Source of the DNA: Armatimonadota bacterium
GTDB lineage: Bacteria > Sysuimicrobiota > Sysuimicrobiia > Sysuimicrobiales > Humicultoraceae
Reading direction: 5' to 3'
DNA length: 18,899 nucleotides
NCBI GenBank assembly: GCA_037443365.1
Contig: JBBIOM010000031.1
Span: forward strand, 1-18,899
The position numbers and the translations under genes are program-made. Under the pieces are notes generated by a model. The model saw nothing but the letters and a program-made list of their open reading frames with translations. It was not told the DNA's origin and did not search any database. This document shows positions 14,671 to 18,899 of this stretch, one piece after another; within the stretch, counting starts at the first letter, position 1, and every line of letters starts with the position of its first letter.

Positions 14671-16512
14671 ATGTACGGATGGACCGGGGGAATCCTCAGG
14701 GTCGATCTGACGACAAAGACATTCAGACGAGAAGCATTCTCCGAGGAGTTCGCGCATACATGGGTGGGCGGACGGGGATTCGCCCTCAAGACGCTCTGGG
14801 ATGAACTTCCCCCGGGAGTGGATCCCCTGGGGCCCGAGAACAAGTTCATCGTGGCCCTCGGTCCGATCGCCGGCATCCCCGCACCCAACACCGGGAAGAC
14901 CGTGGTGGCGGCCAAGTCGCCCCTGACCGGTGGCTACGGAGACGGCAACCTTGGAACCCGGGTCACGGAGCAGCTCCGCAAGGCCGGGTACGACATGCTC
15001 ATAGTCGAGGGCGCGGCCTCTGAACCGACCCTGCTCTACATCGAGGACGACAGGGTGGAGTTCCTGCCCGCATCCGAGGTCTGGGGCAAGGGAACCTACG
15101 CGACAAACGACTGGATATATCGGCGCTACGGGCGGAAGGTCGGGGTACTCAACATAGGGCAGGCAGGGGAGAACCTCAACCGTTACGCCGTGGTGCGGAG
15201 TCTCGAAGGTCGCGCCGGTGGCCGGCCCGGAATGGGCGCCGTGATGGGATCGAAGAAACTCAAGGCCATCGTGGTCCGGGGGAGCAGGCCCATCCCCCAG
15301 GCCGATCCCGAGGCGATGAAGAAGCTCGGCGCGGCCGACCTGCGCACGGTCCACGAGATGGACAAGAAGTCCGGTTGGTCCATCCAGAGCACGACGGGCA
15401 TTCTCGCCTGGTGCAACGAGGTGGCCGCGCTTCCGGTTCGGAACATGAGGAAGACCCGGCACCCTGACGCCTGGCGGATTGACGGAGAACGGCTGAACGA
15501 AGCGCGGGTGGCTCTCTACGGCTGTCCAAACTGCACGATGCACTGCGGCATCGCCATCCGCGACCGCGAGGGCCGGGAGTCCGAACTCGACTACGAGAAC
15601 ATCGGCATGCTGGGCAGCAACCTGGAGGTCTTCGAGCTCGACCAGATCGGCTCGCTGAACTACCTCTGCGACGATTACGGACTGGACACGATCTCAGCGG
15701 GCGGCGTCCTTGGGTTCTACGCCGAGGCGATCAGCCGTGGAGACATCGCCGGCGATTTCCGGTTTGGCGATGCCGAGCGGGCCAAGGAACTGCTCCGGCT
15801 CGCCTCCCTCAGGGAGGGAGACCTGGGAGACATGCTGGCCGATGGGACGATGCGCATGGCCCGGAAGATCGGCCGGGGTTCTGAGGCCTACGCCATGCAA
15901 GTCAAGGGCATGGAGATTTCCGCCTACAACTGCAAGCTCTGCCCGGGCATGGCCCTCTCGTTCGGAACGAGCCCCATCGGCGCGCACCACAAGGAAGCCT
16001 GGGTCATCACCTTCGAGCTCAACCAGACGGTCCGCGATTCCTACGGGCGGGAGAAAGCCGAGAAGGTGATCGAGCTGCAGCGAATACGGGGCGGGCTGTT
16101 TGAGTACATTATCGCCTGCCGGTTCCCATGGATCGAGATTGGTTGGGAGCTCGAACACTACCCGGTCTACTTCAACACCATCACCGGCCTCAACTGGACC
16201 CTCGACGACTTCTGGAAGGTCGCCGACAGGATCTACGCGCTGATGAAGCTCTTCTGGCTTAGGGAGATGCCAGATTGGAGCCGCAAGATGGACTACCCCC
16301 CCGCGGTCTGGTTCGACCCTGCCAACGCCGACCCCGATGGCCCGATCGCGGGCAGGATCCTCGACCCCGCGAAGTACGACGGCCTGCTGGGCCACTACTA
16401 CGACCTGCGCGGCTGGGACAGCAGGGGCATTCCTACCCGGAGGACAGCGGCTGCCCTGGGCCTCGAGGACGAGGCCCGTCAGGCGGAGGCCTTCGGCAGG
16501 CTGGAGGACTGA
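14671..16512 (+). CDS. Tungsten-dependent aldehyde:ferredoxin oxidoreductase family protein, formaldehyde:ferredoxin oxidoreductase (FOR)-like, 613 aa
   Basis: MYGWTGGILRVDL, KSPLTGGYGDGNLG, GRPGMGAVMGSKKLKA, [4Fe-4S] ligands CPNCTMHC plus the Cys in ACRFPW, ELDYE, DDYGLD, GAHHKEAW and YYDLRGWD. GGAGG precedes ATG 14671. Confidence 0.95.
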   Translation: MYGWTGGILRVDLTTKTFRREAFSEEFAHTWVGGRGFALKTLWDELPPGVDPLGPENKFIVALGPIAGIPAPNTGKTVVAAKSPLTGGYGDGNLGTRVTEQLRKAGYDMLIVEGAASEPTLLYIEDDRVEFLPASEVWGKGTYATNDWIYRRYGRKVGVLNIGQAGENLNRYAVVRSLEGRAGGRPGMGAVMGSKKLKAIVVRGSRPIPQADPEAMKKLGAADLRTVHEMDKKSGWSIQSTTGILAWCNEVAALPVRNMRKTRHPDAWRIDGERLNEARVALYGCPNCTMHCGIAIRDREGRESELDYENIGMLGSNLEVFELDQIGSLNYLCDDYGLDTISAGGVLGFYAEAISRGDIAGDFRFGDAERAKELLRLASLREGDLGDMLADGTMRMARKIGRGSEAYAMQVKGMEISAYNCKLCPGMALSFGTSPIGAHHKEAWVITFELNQTVRDSYGREKAEKVIELQRIRGGLFEYIIACRFPWIEIGWELEHYPVYFNTITGLNWTLDDFWKVADRIYALMKLFWLREMPDWSRKMDYPPAVWFDPANADPDGPIAGRILDPAKYDGLLGHYYDLRGWDSRGIPTRRTAAALGLEDEARQAEAFGRLED

Positions 16513-16544
16513 CCCGGAGTGGGCGCCGTCCCAGGAGGATTCTG

Positions 16545-16775
16545 ATGATGAAGGTCACGGTCAAGATGACCGGTTCGTTCGTTCACTCCGTCGGGTTCAG
16601 CGAGCGCACCTTCGATCTCGCCCCGGGCACCACGGCCGGTGGGCTCCTGGACGCGGTGAAGATCGATCGCTCAATCCCGATGGTGGTTGCGCGCAGCGGG
16701 GGCGCCATCACCCCGGACGAGGAACTGCGCGACGGCGACCGTATAGTCATAGCACCCGTCTACTCGGGCGGATAG
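16545..16775 (+). CDS. MoaD/ThiS-family ubiquitin-like sulfur carrier, 76 aa
   Basis: C-terminus LRDGDRIVIAPVYSGG ends in di-glycine. AGGAGG precedes ATG 16545/16548. Confidence 0.88.
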   Translation: MMKVTVKMTGSFVHSVGFSERTFDLAPGTTAGGLLDAVKIDRSIPMVVARSGGAITPDEELRDGDRIVIAPVYSGG

Positions 16776-16802
16776 ACGGGGCACTGAGCGAGGAGGACGC
16801 CC

Positions 16803-17798
16803 GTGAAGCATCTTCAGTGGGGCGTGCTCGGTGTCGCTGGCATCGCCCTGCGGGCGGTGATCCCGGCAATCCAGCACAGCGCGAACGGCCGCCTGCTGGC
16901 GATCGCAAGCCGCACACACGAGAAGGCCGCCGACGCGGCGGCGCAACTTGGAATCCCAAGGGCCTACGGGTCTTACGAGGCGCTGCTCGCCGACCCCGAG
17001 GTCGAAGCCGTCTACATCCCGCTCCCCAACTCGATGCACCGGGAATGGACGCTCCGGTGCGCCGAGGCCGGCAAGCACGTGCTCTGCGAGAAGCCGATGG
17101 CGCTCCGGGCGGCCGACGCCGAAGAGATGATCGCCGCCTGCGCACGGCGCGGTGTCACGCTCATGGAGGCCTTCATGTACCGGTTCCACCCGCGTACTCT
17201 CCGGGTGGCCGAGCTGGCCGCGCAGGGCGCTCTGGGCGAGGTCCGGCTCGTACGCGCGTCGTTCACCTTCCGCGTGGGCAGCTCTGGGAACATCCGCCTC
17301 GACCCGGGTTTGGGCGGCGGCGGCCTGTACGACGTGGGCTGCTATTGCGTCAACGTGAGCCGGGTGCTGCTTGGCGAACCCACGACGGTCTTTGCGTTCG
17401 GTGGCGCCGGCACCAGCGGGGTGGATGAGGTGCTGGGAGGCGTGCTGTGCTTTGAGGGCGATCGAATCGCGCTCATTGACTGTGGCCTCGCGCTTTCGCG
17501 CCGCCAGGAGTACGAGGTTATCGGTACGGCCGGGCACATGACAGTGCCCCTGGCGTTCCTGCCCGGGGTGGCAGCCGCGGAGATACACTTGGTCAAGGAT
17601 CAAGAGCGCACAGCGCAGGCCGTCCCAGGCGTGGATCAGTATCAGCTCATGGTCGAGCACTTCGCCGACGCGGCCCAGAACGGCGCCGCGCTGCGGCTCC
17701 CACCGGAAGATGCGGTGGACAACCTGCGCGTGATCGAGGCGCTGTATCGTTCGCTGGCAAGCGGCTGCGCTGAGGAAGTCGGCGGGCAGAACGCTTAG
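16803..17798 (+). CDS. Gfo/Idh/MocA-family NAD(P)-dependent oxidoreductase
   Basis: WGVLGVAGIA, VYIPLPNSMH, GKHVLCEKP, MEAFMYRFHP and GGGGLYDVGCY; GAGGAGG Shine-Dalgarno. Confidence 0.93.
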   Translation: MKHLQWGVLGVAGIALRAVIPAIQHSANGRLLAIASRTHEKAADAAAQLGIPRAYGSYEALLADPEVEAVYIPLPNSMHREWTLRCAEAGKHVLCEKPMALRAADAEEMIAACARRGVTLMEAFMYRFHPRTLRVAELAAQGALGEVRLVRASFTFRVGSSGNIRLDPGLGGGGLYDVGCYCVNVSRVLLGEPTTVFAFGGAGTSGVDEVLGGVLCFEGDRIALIDCGLALSRRQEYEVIGTAGHMTVPLAFLPGVAAAEIHLVKDQERTAQAVPGVDQYQLMVEHFADAAQNGAALRLPPEDAVDNLRVIEALYRSLASGCAEEVGGQNA

Positions 17799-18844
17799 TA
17801 CAGCCGATCCGGGTCGAACACGTTCAGGAGCGGCTCACCGCGCAGGTAGCGCCTGAGGTTCTCGCAGAACAGGTCGGTCAGGAGTTCGTTCTCGGTCTCC
17901 ACGGTGCTCGCCGAGTGCGGGCTGATGAGCACGTTCTGCGCATCCCACAGGGGGTTGTCGAAGGACGGAGGCTCCGCGGACAGCACGTCCAGCGCGGCCC
18001 CGCCCAGGCGCCCCTCCCGCAGCGCTTCGATGAGCGCCCCTTCGTCCACGACGGCTCCCCGCGCCACGTTGATGAGCACTGCCCCCGGCTTCATGGCGGC
18101 GAACTCCTTCCTTCCTATCAGGCCTTCGGTCTCCGGGGTATGGGGGACGGCGAGCACGACGTAGTCCGACGCTGCCAGCAGCACGGGGAGATCGGCGGGG
18201 GGCACGAGCAGGTCAACCTCCGCATCCTGATCGCCCGATGCGGCCGTGCGGTGCGTGGCGACAATGCGCATTCCAACCCCGCGGCATGTCCTTGCGACCT
18301 CGCGCCCGATTGACCCGAGACCGACCAGACCCACCGTGGCGCCGCGAAGATCGCGACCGCAGTACCGCTCCCAGCGGTGCGCCGCCTGGTTGCGGAGCAT
18401 ACGGAACCCATCCTTCGCGAACCACAGGATCGCCATCAGCACGAAGTCGGCCAGGGGCCTGGCGTGGATCCCCCGGGCCGTGGTGAAGACAATCGGGCTG
18501 CCCAGCAGACCGGTGCGCAGCAGGAGCTGGCCGATGCCGGTGCTTGTGCCCTGAATCCAGCGCACCCTTGGGATGAGGGTCTTCAGGGTGTCCGCGTTGG
18601 GGTAGTCGAAGTCAAACAGGACCTCGGCTTCGGCCAGGTAGCCGCGCCAGCGCGCCTCGTCCTCCGGGGATCGTTCCAGCGGGTGTCCGAAGTGATCGCA
18701 CGGGTAGCGCGGACTTGGGAGAAGTGCCGGTTCATAGATGACCCGCACCTCGCCGGCGCCGCGGATGCGCTCGACGAGGTGCGGCTCGAGGTAGGACGCT
18801 ATCAGTACAACGACGGGCGAGGAGCGGCCTGCGCGCAAATCCAC
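17795..18844 (-). CDS. D-2-hydroxyacid dehydrogenase family protein
   Basis: VGLGSIG, VPHTPET, NVARG, LDVLSAEP and SPHSAS (Arg/Glu/His catalytic set). Exact start uncertain. Confidence 0.92.
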   Translation of the reverse strand: MDLRAGRSSPVVVLIASYLEPHLVERIRGAGEVRVIYEPALLPSPRYPCDHFGHPLERSPEDEARWRGYLAEAEVLFDFDYPNADTLKTLIPRVRWIQGTSTGIGQLLLRTGLLGSPIVFTTARGIHARPLADFVLMAILWFAKDGFRMLRNQAAHRWERYCGRDLRGATVGLVGLGSIGREVARTCRGVGMRIVATHRTAASGDQDAEVDLLVPPADLPVLLAASDYVVLAVPHTPETEGLIGRKEFAAMKPGAVLINVARGAVVDEGALIEALREGRLGGAALDVLSAEPPSFDNPLWDAQNVLISPHSASTVETENELLTDLFCENLRRYLRGEPLLNVFDPDRLY

Positions 18845-18845
18845 C

Positions 18846-18899
18846 CTATGCCGTGTACTTCTTCGCCCAGTCGCTCACCAAGGGAATAGTGAACTCCTT
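18846..18899 (-). CDS. Probable 3' end of an upstream gene (KEFTIPLVSDWAKKYTA*)
   Basis: Open frame from the window edge to a TAG 1 nt before the dehydrogenase GTG. Only 17 codons are visible. Confidence 0.4.
   Translation of the reverse strand, partial: KEFTIPLVSDWAKKYTA

Noticed and set aside
16803-17798. Gfo/Idh/MocA gene as iolG completing an inositol pathway with iolB
   Set aside because: It lies in a different transcription unit about 6.7 kb away, and its motifs (YIPLPN, MEAFMYRFHP) look more like the xylose/dihydrodiol dehydrogenase subgroup.
14600-18899. Integrative element or prophage at tRNA-Ser
   Set aside because: No integrase, phage or conjugation genes, and no repeat of the tRNA 3' end inside the window.

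Overview
A high-GC, densely coding bacterial chromosomal segment with no mobile element, CRISPR array or repeat array that I can see. In order it holds: a xanthine-oxidase-family molybdopterin large subunit (minus strand, running off the left edge and absent from the ORF track); a divergent queF-queT pair; a NitT/TauT-type ABC importer operon ending in a Nudix hydrolase; a divergent tctC-tctB-tctA-iolB-HAD-RNase Z-like operon; a fabG-like SDR, a SAM methyltransferase and an amidohydrolase; tRNA-Ser(UGA) followed directly by a tungsten aldehyde:ferredoxin oxidoreductase that resembles archaeal FOR, a MoaD/ThiS-like protein and a Gfo/Idh/MocA oxidoreductase; and a D-2-hydroxyacid dehydrogenase. 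Four signals stand out. (1) An AGG(A/C)-N17/18-(G/C)AA(G/T) motif resembling a sigma-H promoter recurs upstream of four catabolic/transport units, whereas queF, the methyltransferase and the tRNA have sigma-A-type TAnnnT boxes. (2) The FOR-like tungstoenzyme appears to be co-transcribed with the tRNA. (3) The tRNA and the methyltransferase mRNA are predicted to be leaderless. (4) iolB sits without other iol genes, alongside a TTT transporter, a phosphatase and a phosphodiesterase-like protein. All functional calls come from recognising motifs by eye; no searches were run.
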